DNA of 64,000 nt from Promethearchaeota archaeon (GTDB taxonomy: Archaea > Asgardarchaeota > Lokiarchaeia > Sigyniarchaeales > SOKP01): contig JAHLWS010000052.1 of NCBI GenBank assembly GCA_019057795.1, forward strand, positions 1 to 64,000, given 5' to 3'. Made by a program: the position numbers and the translations under genes. The notes under the pieces were generated by a model, which saw only the letters and a list, made by a program, of their open reading frames with translations, was not told the DNA's origin and did not search any database. Shown one piece after another: positions 31,501 to 40,900 of the stretch. The number at the start of each line of letters is the position of its first letter. Positions within the stretch are counted from its first letter, which is position 1.

Positions 31501-31704
31501 ATAGATGGTATAGAAAGCGTTCTTGAAAATAAAGCGGGAACTGATTATTCGTTATTTACCGAATTAAACTTAAAAGAACTAATTGAAAAAATCGAAAATG
31601 AAATTGGTAAAGATTCCATCCAAGAAATAAAGCAAATCGATTCTAAAATGGAACAATTCTTTAGATACAAATTAATTGAGGTGCCTGAAATTGAAGAACT
31701 CTAG
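28558..31704 (+). CDS. Prenyltransferase/squalene-cyclase-repeat (PFTB) ectodomain + TM + ABC ATPase fusion
   Basis: N-terminal hydrophobic anchor. About 10 repeats of (Q)NxDGG[FW] followed by (S)TY[YWC][AG]hxxLxLh. Many N-x-S/T sequons. TM near 30601-30660 followed by KIRKR. Intact GESGAGKS/LSGGEKRR/LDEPT/ITH. Confidence 0.85.
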   Translation: MIVCILIGTPIISLVLINVRWTYFIDEKDVEQVKNMATSFTSTHHNDVGLFVEPEIDSNFRAIDSINFTFSSIYAPELINPNYNLNIESFSRNFFFDYIFEKQNIDGSYSDIAGFGNMFSTYEAIETLEIANKSYLERKINLNDTSNIANYLSTSLNEGGWGFKANQFLNDSDIISTFCAIELAYSLSESSLLLNHNIEKFINSTWFGGSYRSTNVSLASNPETTFYGIRAFLGMNMSYNFIENLSIALYFNSLYNPFDGGYINTETGISDVKSTYYAISSLDLLGLSSTLVNASKTLEYVLNCSNNDGGFGTHPNVTKSDFTSGWAAMKSIKILESILLLTQEVTDVLKQIKINYYKWLHFFQAKNALFGQITIETNYFGILTYFSMGYLDSIQTAQFQYIKINILNFTKACYNINDGGFGSQPGQEASLFATYCGLKLLQMLNPANRPWDPNTLNLTLTKNFLSSLQNSDGGFRVGNDIDYLLSLFGSYSIVFTNLINTNVSTVESTYWALVSLELINGLDKIHYNNLSQWVRSCQNADGGFSIVIGFHSDVISTYYGLQIFYEGFVDGPMSKMTAIGFLKLSQTSDGSFSLLPMMGGFLDLPSSFLVTYLASKALYDYNFQPDSIQEALIWFSGCISTNTGGIGDNPDFGADLRNSPYGIIIIDELKYDQSFDSKPWNQLLIYILLTEAGFIGLYIFLKIRKRLSLIKRIIEKVGLGGKITPSYLQRFSAIHCENFSVYAGGKLIVDSVTMKIDHGQILGILGESGAGKSTFVKGLLGMRKITGFCKIYGMDINKKNSKKLRPIYGYVPQDLGKIYHNFTVFENLLYFGNQYGLTEQEIISRSRRLLRNLEIEDKFNALVRNLSGGEKRRVSIAIGLIHAPIFLILDEPTSGLDPIIRENLWLAFTKINEQFGTTLIVITHYPEESRFCHRVAIFGRNRGVIDFGKPKDLLAQLPGKGRSIEVCFKELKENLIETLESIDGIESVLENKAGTDYSLFTELNLKELIEKIENEIGKDSIQEIKQIDSKMEQFFRYKLIEVPEIEEL

Positions 31705-33397
31705 AGAAATAGAATTAGAACGATTAAGATTAAAAGTCTTGGACGCAATCCGTGTTTCTAAGCGCTTTTGGATGACTTATAGAGAAGATACTTTTGGAAT
31801 TGCTTCTATTATTGATTTAATTTATAAAAAGTCGTTTATTGAAGTATTATTCTTTACTAATAGCGATGTCCTTGAGAAAGGAGTTCCATTATTAAAGATT
31901 TATACCCCTATTGAAGATGAAATTGATTTCTTTGAGATTATATTTGAACCAGACTTCGATGAAGATGGTCTTATTAATCCATTGAAGATTATTCGGCGTA
32001 TGAGAAGATTGATTAGACAAGAATTCCAAAAACGCTTAGGAATTTTGAACAATGAGGTTGAACTAATTGATAATAAGTTTGAAAATTTACAAATAAAAAG
32101 AAACCCATACTATAGAGAGATTCGAATCTCGTATCCCAATTTCGCTACTAAATTTAAAATTAAATTTGAAAAATACCCCATTTTACCATCCCTTTCATTT
32201 TCAAAATCCTTGTCAAGGATTATTACTGAAAGAAAATTTAACGAAGAAGAAATTATAAGAAACTGGGATATTGAAAATCCTCCGCATGTTCTTGAAATAA
32301 TTGAAAAGATCTGTGAAATTGCTTCAAAACAGGTCAATCTCGAACCTTTAAAAGAAAATTCTCAATATTTGTTTCTTAATGATGTGTCAGTGGGAGAAGC
32401 AATTAATAATCTTTCTTTTAAAATTCATAAAGGAAAGTCTATTGGTATAATGTACGACATAAATAATGTTGAACATAGATTAGACTTATTGAACCTGTTT
32501 GAGATCATAGGAGGCTTGCAACTAGATTATACATGGTCAATAGAAATTTTCGGAAATCCCTTAAAATCGTTATCAAAAAAAGAAAAAGAGAAAATTTTTC
32601 TTTTACCTCCACCTTACGACTCAGTAATAACAAATATGAAAGTAAAGAAAGCAATTCAATACAAGCTAAATTTAAATGAGATATATAAAGAGAGAAAGAA
32701 CGTATTCAACACGATTTTAAAAAATGCTGGATTAGGTCAAAATATAGATGAAATTATTGAAGATTTTATTTGGGAAACAACTTATAAATTCAGTCGTAAA
32801 AAAAAGTTTATAAAAAATGTTTTGGAAGTAACTGGGATGCTAAATAAGAAAAATAAAAAGTTCTCAGAATTAACACCTTTAGAATACCTACTTTTCTCAA
32901 TAGCACGCGCTTTAATCCAGGTACCAACGATTATAATGTTTTCAATACCTTATAGAATTTTAGGAAAATTTGAATACGAAAAATTTAACAATTACATAGA
33001 TAAAATTAAGCAAGAATTTCATGTGATTATGCTTTTCCATGGATCTGAGGAAGTCGTATTAAATTGCGACCAAATTTTAACGATCACCAAAAGAGCATCA
33101 AAAATAGGATCTTTTAAGGATTATCTTAAAGAATTGCCTCAATATGGCGAGATTGTAACGATAGAACTAAACGATCCTGAAGAGTTCTTAATTAGAAAAC
33201 TAAAAGAAATGGAAGAAATTGAAGTAATAATTGAAGAAAGAAAAAATGAAAAATATAAGATTTTTCTTAAATCAAATACAAATAATGTAATCGTAAAGAT
33301 AACAGAATTATTTGGTCAACGTTTACAATGTTTCAAAAAATCTACTGCCTCCATTGGAGAATATTTAGAATTTAAACAAAATTATAATAAAATATGA
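31676..33397 (+). CDS. UBC/RWD-like domain + degenerate (inactive) ABC ATPase domain
   Basis: KFKIKFEKYPILPSLSF...IRNWDIENPPHVLEIIEKI is E2/RWD-like without a catalytic Cys. ABC scaffold (INNLSFKIHKGKSIG, SIARALIQVP, LFH, CDQIL) lacks Walker A, signature and Walker B residues. Confidence 0.6.
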   Translation: MRCLKLKNSREIELERLRLKVLDAIRVSKRFWMTYREDTFGIASIIDLIYKKSFIEVLFFTNSDVLEKGVPLLKIYTPIEDEIDFFEIIFEPDFDEDGLINPLKIIRRMRRLIRQEFQKRLGILNNEVELIDNKFENLQIKRNPYYREIRISYPNFATKFKIKFEKYPILPSLSFSKSLSRIITERKFNEEEIIRNWDIENPPHVLEIIEKICEIASKQVNLEPLKENSQYLFLNDVSVGEAINNLSFKIHKGKSIGIMYDINNVEHRLDLLNLFEIIGGLQLDYTWSIEIFGNPLKSLSKKEKEKIFLLPPPYDSVITNMKVKKAIQYKLNLNEIYKERKNVFNTILKNAGLGQNIDEIIEDFIWETTYKFSRKKKFIKNVLEVTGMLNKKNKKFSELTPLEYLLFSIARALIQVPTIIMFSIPYRILGKFEYEKFNNYIDKIKQEFHVIMLFHGSEEVVLNCDQILTITKRASKIGSFKDYLKELPQYGEIVTIELNDPEEFLIRKLKEMEEIEVIIEERKNEKYKIFLKSNTNNVIVKITELFGQRLQCFKKSTASIGEYLEFKQNYNKI

Positions 33398-33400
33398 GGA

Positions 33401-34213
33401 GTGAATATGCTTAAAAATCTTTATATTATAGACGAGAACGGAGTTTTATTATATTCCAAAAATTTTGTGAGAGAACAAAAGTACGACGATAATTTATTAA
33501 TAGGTTTTTTCACATCTATTACTAACTTTAGTAGGGAAGCCTTAGGTACGGCAGTTAAAACCGTTAATCTTGGGGAAAACAATAAACTTATCATCGTCAC
33601 AAAACAAGAAGAACGGTTACTCGGAGCCGCGATCGTGAGTTCAAATGATAACAACGAATTAGTCGCTAAAATTTTGAAAAACATTTTACAGGAATTTATC
33701 GATTCCTATTCGCCTGATTATGACACAGAAAAAATAATTCAAGAAGAAATGGAAAAAAACATTCAAAGCAATTTAAAAGGAAAAGTTATAAGCTCCCCCA
33801 TAATTAGAGTGGGGATATCGTGGTTAATTAACGGTTCGCTTATCTACCCTTTAATTTTACTCAGTATTTATACTACTCTTTTTATATTTGCGGCTTTTGA
33901 CCTAACTCAATATCTATATGGTGATGATCTGTTTACAAAATTTTTTCCGGCTTTGATTCTGTTATCAACTGGAAATATCATAATTTTATTTCTATTTCCT
34001 AATTTTCTTTTTGGGATTTTATCTCCAAATAGAAGAGTTGCCATTGCGAACTCTATCATCCATTTAGCTGTAACTATTGTGTTATTTGCCTACTCAGCAG
34101 AACCAGCTTTTGCCTACATCGTTATAGGGCATTTACCGTTAACATTGATTTTCTCTTTGTTTTTCTTGTTTGCCGGCATAAGATTCTCTTCAAAAAGGTT
34201 TTTAAAGAAATAA
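33401..34213 (+). CDS. Longin domain + about 4 TM helices
   Basis: LYIIDENGVLLYSK...LLIGFFTSITNF...KILKNILQEFIDSY longin pattern; hydrophobic C-terminal half. Confidence 0.75.
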   Translation: MNMLKNLYIIDENGVLLYSKNFVREQKYDDNLLIGFFTSITNFSREALGTAVKTVNLGENNKLIIVTKQEERLLGAAIVSSNDNNELVAKILKNILQEFIDSYSPDYDTEKIIQEEMEKNIQSNLKGKVISSPIIRVGISWLINGSLIYPLILLSIYTTLFIFAAFDLTQYLYGDDLFTKFFPALILLSTGNIIILFLFPNFLFGILSPNRRVAIANSIIHLAVTIVLFAYSAEPAFAYIVIGHLPLTLIFSLFFLFAGIRFSSKRFLKK

Positions 34214-34396
34214 AATAAAGATAAGTTTTTTCTTCCTACTTCTTCTTTTTTATTTTTAAATTAATTTTAACTTTAATCGAAATGGGAATTATTAAATAAA
34301 AAATGTTTTTGTATTATCTTGTTTAGTAGAATTTTAGTTAAACATTTAAGTTATTAAATGAGTGAGTTGATTATTTCAACCTAGAATTTATTAATA

Positions 34397-34777
34397 ATGG
34401 TATGTGGTATAATGGTTTCAGTATTTATCGTAGAAGACGATTTGTCGTTGCAAAGGTTATATGAGATAATGCTAAAGACTTTCGGATTTGAAGTCGTTGA
34501 TAAAGCGAGCAACGGAAAAGAAGCCATTGAAAAATTCAAATCCCTATCGCCTAAACCGGATGTAATAATAATGGACCATCGAATGCCAGTTAAAAATGGA
34601 ATTGACACGACCATTGAATTGATGAAGTTCAATAACCACACTAAAATTGTTTTTACAAGCGCAGATAAGTCAATTAAAGGACGAGCGCTTGAAATAGGTG
34701 CTATTTCTTTTATCGAAAAACCATTTACCGTAATTCAACTACAAAACGAAATCAATAGAGTAGTTAACTTAGTTTAA
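34397..34777 (+). CDS. Single-domain response regulator (CheY-like)
   Basis: VEDD, MDHRMP (phospho-Asp), TS, IEKP. Confidence 0.9.
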   Translation: MVCGIMVSVFIVEDDLSLQRLYEIMLKTFGFEVVDKASNGKEAIEKFKSLSPKPDVIIMDHRMPVKNGIDTTIELMKFNNHTKIVFTSADKSIKGRALEIGAISFIEKPFTVIQLQNEINRVVNLV

Positions 34778-34990
34778 GGCTATTCAATTTCTTAAAAAAA
34801 TTTATACTCTAATTCTTACCTTTATTCAAATCTATTTTTATAAATTCAACAATCTAATTATAAGAAAAATACATCTGTTTATGAAAATCATTTATGACAA
34901 ATTTAAAATTTAATATTTAATTTTCGGAATTATAAAATTATTTTATTCAAAAATCAAAAAGTATGAAGATTGATTAAAAGGTAAAAAAAT

Positions 34991-36478
34991 ATGAGTTATA
35001 AATTACCAGATGATAAAGATTTAGATGCCATGATTGGTATTGTAGGCAAAGATTATGCTACCAATAACAAAGCAATTACAGCGTCATATCTTTCCAAATC
35101 TGTAATGGGATTAGAAGCCCAAATTCCGGATATCGTCGTGCGCCCCAAATACGTGGAAGAGATTCGTAAAATTCTACTTTACTGCTCTGCAGAAAAAATT
35201 GCAGTCTCACCGATTTCAGGCGGACTATCTGGCGGCTTTGCTTGCCCAACCATTAAGCCTGCTGGAGTTATGCTTGATTTAGGTAGAATGAATAGAATTA
35301 TCGAAGTCGATACAGATAATCGATACGTCATAGTCGAACCGGGAGTCACAATTGGCGAGCTTTGGGCTTACATGCACAAAAATTACCCAGAGTGGGCGCC
35401 CCCCGTACCAGACGGTGCTCCACCAGCTTCTACCGTAATGGGCGATGCTATCGATCGAGGGTTTTCGCTTTATACAAGTTCTGTAGGCCCACAGGGCGAT
35501 AACTTCATGTGTGGTGAGATAGTATTTCCAAACGGAGATATTGTGCGAACCGGCTCTTGGGCACTTCCATTTGCGAAACCATTCTATAAATACGGATTAG
35601 GTCCAGATATCTGGTCCTTTTTGATGGGTTCACAAGGAACTCTAGGCGTAATGACTAAAGTTGCTGTTAAGATTTACCCACATCCAAAATTTAAGACTGT
35701 AGTTGTATGGGGTATGTCCAATCCTGAGGATATGCAGGACCTAACACTTGAAATTGGAAAACAAGAATTTGGAATTGCTCACAACACCGTTATGGTTCAA
35801 GGAGGGAATTATCCTTTAGTAATGACGCGTTGGCCAAAAGATAAAATTCCTCACGATTACGAATTCTACGAACAGTTAGGAATTAGTAAGTGGTGGATGA
35901 ATTGGGAGTGCTGGGCACAAACTCAAGAAGAGTTAGATTATGTGGTTAATAGAATCAATAAAATGGCTGAGGATTTCAAGAAAAACAGAGCTAAAGACCC
36001 TGAAAGCATGAAACCTCAGGAACTACATCCCAAACAAATCGCAAGCAGATTGAAGAAACCCAATAAGATTGCAGTTCCGTATTCCTTTTGGGAGGCAGGA
36101 TTTTTATTTATTACTTTCTACTGCCCTTGGAACGAATGTGCACATTTTGCTAACATGTATACTGCTGCTATGGAGAAATATGGTTTTCCACCAGTTATGT
36201 GGATTGCTAGTATTGAGCGTTGTAGGCAAGCAATTTGTATGCCAATTATTTGTTTCGATAGCACAAAACAATCAGATATCGAAAAAGTTCAAGAGATGAA
36301 TAGAGAAACAACAGAATATGCGCTTAAGCAAGGATGGTTGAATTATCGTCCAGATCCATACATCCACGCACCTCTCACTTATTCTCAAGCAGGAATGTAT
36401 TGGAAATATTTGAGAACGATGAAGAAGATTTTTGATCCTAATATGATAATGCATCCTGGGAGGCTTGCTCTTCCATAA
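34991..36478 (+). CDS. FAD-binding oxidoreductase (VAO/PCMH-like)
   Basis: PDIVVRP, VEPGVT, GPDIWSFLMGSQGTLGVMTK, FDPNMIMHPGR. Confidence 0.85.
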   Translation: MSYKLPDDKDLDAMIGIVGKDYATNNKAITASYLSKSVMGLEAQIPDIVVRPKYVEEIRKILLYCSAEKIAVSPISGGLSGGFACPTIKPAGVMLDLGRMNRIIEVDTDNRYVIVEPGVTIGELWAYMHKNYPEWAPPVPDGAPPASTVMGDAIDRGFSLYTSSVGPQGDNFMCGEIVFPNGDIVRTGSWALPFAKPFYKYGLGPDIWSFLMGSQGTLGVMTKVAVKIYPHPKFKTVVVWGMSNPEDMQDLTLEIGKQEFGIAHNTVMVQGGNYPLVMTRWPKDKIPHDYEFYEQLGISKWWMNWECWAQTQEELDYVVNRINKMAEDFKKNRAKDPESMKPQELHPKQIASRLKKPNKIAVPYSFWEAGFLFITFYCPWNECAHFANMYTAAMEKYGFPPVMWIASIERCRQAICMPIICFDSTKQSDIEKVQEMNRETTEYALKQGWLNYRPDPYIHAPLTYSQAGMYWKYLRTMKKIFDPNMIMHPGRLALP

Positions 36479-36500
36479 CTGAGTAAGGAGGTAAAAAAAA

Positions 36501-37859
36501 ATGGCTAAAACTGGAATGGAAAGATTAAAAGAATTGGAGAAGGAAATATATAAGTGTATCCACTGTAAAGCGTGTAGGTTTGCTTATTCGGGAGAGCCTA
36601 GTAAAAACGGAATAGGGGAGTTCGCTGGAAAACAAGGTACAGTTCTTTACGAAGGAATGGTTGACTCGTGTCCAGCTGGAATAGAATACGGTTGGGAAGC
36701 GTTTTGGAACGCCGGTAAAATTTGGATCGCTCGTTCAATTTTAAGCGGAGATTTAGAATTCTCTGACGAAGTAAGGGATGTTATTATGCCGTGCATTACA
36801 TGCGGACAATGTGCAGCCCAATGTGAAAATAAAATACCCACAGTAGACATCATTGAATCTTTACGGGCTGCCTGTGTAGAATCGGGCGTCTCTATGATTG
36901 AGAAACATGAATTAGTCGATCGCTTAGTCAAGGAATTAAACAATCCTTACGGCGGGAAGGCAGAAGAGCGGTTTAAATGGGCTAAAGACGCTGGTTTAGG
37001 GAAATATATTAACAATAAAAGCGCTAAGGTTGGTTATTACGTCGGATGTACGGCGAGTTATCGTCAAATAGAGGTTGCTACTGCTACAGCAAAAATATTC
37101 GAAGAGTTAGGGATTGATTTTACATTAATCGAAGACGAAGTGTGTTGCGGGAGCCCTTTCTTTAGGATTGGCGCCGTTGATACTGCTCAAGAGTTAATGA
37201 GGAAAAATCTCGAGGCTTTTAAGGATTTAGAAACGGTCTATTTCTCATGTGCGGGTTGTTATAGGACTATAACGATTGATTATCCCAAGTGGATGGCAGA
37301 AGACGAGAAACTCCCTTTCAAAACCATGCACGCGTTTGAATTAGTTTCAAAATTAATCACTGAAGGAAAGATTAAGTTCAAACCTAATAAAGAACTTAAG
37401 GGAAAAGTTGTAACCTATCACGACCCCTGTCATACAGGAAGACATTTTGCGCTTGACATGGAACAAGAAATGATCAAGAACTCCAAGAACCTAATGTTTG
37501 ATATGCGCAAAGTAAACAAAGCGATCGACGAATGGTTTGAGATTCCTAGAGTTATTTTACGAAAACTTGAAGAAGACGTCGGTATCAAGTTTGTTGAGAT
37601 GTATCGGATAAAGAATAATTCAATGTGTTGTGGAGCAGGCGGAGGAGTGAGGGCTGGTTATCCCGACTTTTCATTGCGCACAGCTAGTCTTCGATGCGAC
37701 GAGGCTAATGCGGTAAAGGCTGACATTCTAACAACCGAATGCCCCTTTTGTTGGAGAAATTTAAGCGATGCTAATGATCTTTACAATCATGGTATGCAGG
37801 TAATGGGCGTTCTGGAAATGATATCCACATACAATCTTTTAGATAAATCAAACATGTAA
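36501..37859 (+). CDS. HdrD/GlpC-like Fe-S CCG protein
   Basis: CIHCKAC, CITCGQCAAQC, CCG, HDPCH, CCGAGGG, ECPFC; GGAGG SD. Confidence 0.9.
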   Translation: MAKTGMERLKELEKEIYKCIHCKACRFAYSGEPSKNGIGEFAGKQGTVLYEGMVDSCPAGIEYGWEAFWNAGKIWIARSILSGDLEFSDEVRDVIMPCITCGQCAAQCENKIPTVDIIESLRAACVESGVSMIEKHELVDRLVKELNNPYGGKAEERFKWAKDAGLGKYINNKSAKVGYYVGCTASYRQIEVATATAKIFEELGIDFTLIEDEVCCGSPFFRIGAVDTAQELMRKNLEAFKDLETVYFSCAGCYRTITIDYPKWMAEDEKLPFKTMHAFELVSKLITEGKIKFKPNKELKGKVVTYHDPCHTGRHFALDMEQEMIKNSKNLMFDMRKVNKAIDEWFEIPRVILRKLEEDVGIKFVEMYRIKNNSMCCGAGGGVRAGYPDFSLRTASLRCDEANAVKADILTTECPFCWRNLSDANDLYNHGMQVMGVLEMISTYNLLDKSNM

Positions 37860-37865
37860 TAAACG

Positions 37866-37892
37866 AGGAGAATTACTCCTAATTTTTTTTTT
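37866..37892 (+). terminator. Hairpin + T-tract terminator
   Basis: AGGAG-AATTA-CTCCT followed by AA and a long T run immediately after the stop. Confidence 0.55.
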
Positions 37893-37979
37893 AATTTTCT
37901 TTTTAACTTAAATAGTTCGAACAAACAAATATATTCTAAAATTTTCATTATTATTATAACGTTTGCTGGGGTTTTTTAA

Positions 37980-40900
37980 TTGACTAATATAGAACACAAA
38001 ACGGCCTATCCTTATATTACGGAATTTAAAAAAGAACCATTTAGATCTTTTGTTTTTGTTAAAAGAAGGGAAATTGGGAGTTTTTATCTTAGTGATTACG
38101 AAAAGGTCTTAGAATTATATCAGACTTACAACAAAAGTTTGTTAAATGAATCCAATTTACTTTTAGAGAATATATATTGGTTTCTTTTGTTAAGGAAATA
38201 TCTCAAGCAAAAAAAGAATGATTATAGAGAAGAGTTTTTAGAATTTATAAAAAGTTGCGAAGTTGAAATTATTGAAAAAGATCAATTAGGTTTTAAAGCC
38301 TCTCCAAATTCCACTAAAAAACCTGATGTTTGGTCATCGTATTTTGCATTAGCAAGTTTAAAATTGTTAGGAGTTTTGAAGGAATATCTTTCTTCAAAGG
38401 GTCAGAATGAAAATATCAGAAAAATTAAAAACTTTATTTACGACCATAAAAGAAACAACGGATTTTTGCACTGTCTAGATAAAGAATGTGCAGAAGATAA
38501 TAAAACGCCTGACGCTAAAACCCTATATTTCGTAATTGAGAGCTTAATCCTTCTTGGTGTAGATGTACGGTTATTCAAGGAGCAATTTCGTCAATATATT
38601 AACGATCGGAAAAAAGATATTTCCGTAATTTTTAAGTTATTATGTCTTAAATTCTTTGATTTAGATTCAGATGTAAAAGATAAAGAAATTCAATTTCTCT
38701 ATTCGTTTCAAAAAGATCACGGGGGATTTGGTTTTGATTCTGAAGATGGGGAAGTTTCTACTACTTTTTGGCTTGTAAATGTTCTTGATGTATATTCATG
38801 GTTAATTGATTATAATCCCGCGATGATTTATTCTTTTATCACAAAAAGTTTAGACACCATATTAAAAGAACGGGAAAGATGGAGTTTAAGGATCTTAACA
38901 GAAGTATCACAATTAGTAATTTTGTTATCTTTAATATGGCATCGCTTTATCGAAGAGATTGAAAGAGTTGTGTTTAAACGCTTAGAAGAGCATAACTTTA
39001 TAGATTTAAACCAAATTAAAACAACATTTGGTTTGAGTTATGGAATAGAAGAAATCATCTTGTACATTAATCTTAATTACACCATAAATTTAAGTATCAT
39101 AGACAATGCGGTAGAATTCAATCTCTATCTTCAAAACCTTAGTCAAGGTAAAAAAATTATTATTGAGGAAATCTATAACCAACTGAGCAAAAATAGCATT
39201 ATATCTCTTTCTGATATTTTTAAGAGGTATAAAGCTTCTTACCATTATGAACCTATAAAATTGAAAGAAGATATTTTTCCTTTAATTTACGACTTAATTA
39301 GCAATCATTTTTTTGAAGGAGAAATTAGAACTAAAAAAGCTTTTTTATTTAGAACTAAATTTTATTTATGTCTGGACTTTTTTTTTGAGAAAGTAATTGT
39401 TTCTGATAACGAGATAAATACGGAGAGGTTATACGAGGAAAAGGCGAAATTAAAAGATTTCAAAAACGATATATATAATATGACATTAAAATTAGAGAAC
39501 ACTATTCCACAGATTAGAGAAGAAATTGAATCTTATCTTTTATTAGACGAAGTTGAGTTTGCTAAAGAAAGGTTAAAGTTTATATTGCGAAACGCATTGA
39601 TGGAAGCTGATTTCTTAAACGAAAACATTGAAACTGGGTTTAATCAAGAATTAATTTATATTAATTTACAAGCTACATTAGGGTCTGAAATATCGCAATG
39701 GAACAAATCATATTCGCTTTTGCGGAATAGATTGAATGAATTAAATAAATATCTTCAAGGAAGAATCCAAGAAAAAGAACAATTAAAAAAGTATATTGTA
39801 ATCTTAGATGAATTAGATACTAAGGTATATAATATTCAAGATTATATAAATCGCGAGTTAGATTCTTTTAAGAGTTTTGTTGTAGAAATTCTTGAAGACG
39901 GGTATAGTAAGGAAAAATTTGATCTTATCATTCAAGAGTTTACCAAGATATCGCAATATGTAAATAAATATGATGGAATCGTCTACAAAATTTCTCACCA
40001 AATTACAGAAAAGGAAAAAAAAGTTGCCAAAAAACATAGAAAAATAATTAATAATTGGGTTAATTTTAAGGAGAATTTTGATTCGATTTTTGCAGATTAC
40101 ACGAATGGATTTCAATTTTTTAACGAATTAAATGAAAAAATCGGGAATGTCAAGGATAATATCCAAGCGGGTATATTAGAAATAAAAGAAAATGTGAAAA
40201 GTAAAGTTATTAATAATGAATTTCATGACGCGTTTAAAACCATCAAAAAGGAAGCCAACATTTTATTAAAACAAAAAACTGAAGAAATTAAAGATTTAAA
40301 ATCGATTGTAAAAAAGGAAATAAAATTCAAACAAAAGCTTTACCTTCTCTATAAATACTTGCAGGAGAAGTTAGATCGTCTTGAAGTGAACATTATTGAT
40401 TTAGTAGCTGAACACATCCAATTTATAAAGGAAAAAGTTATTGAAGAGAGAAATAGGGCAAAGATTGAAGATTTTGATAATTTTCTATCTAGTACAATCA
40501 CACACTTCAAAGATAAATTAGAGAATTATAAAATATATCTCGATCAAAATAGAATTAAAAAAATTGTCAATATAGTTATAGGTTTTGACAAGATACTTAT
40601 TGAATTTAACGAGTATAATAAGAAATTTTCTAAAAAGTTAATTGATCTAAAAGAAATTGTTGAAGAAAATTCAATTACAACAATACAATGGAATAAATTT
40701 AAAGATTTTTTAAACGAAGAAATAACCAAATTAAAAGAAGAATATGTAGATAACATAATTTCTAACGAAATAATATTTATGAGTAAGGAAAAAAACACAG
40801 ATAAAATAGATATTAAGAAACTAGCTAGCAAATTAGACCTCAAATGTAAAGCAGTAATTCCAAGGATAAAGAATTTGATAGAAATTTCCAAATTACAAGG

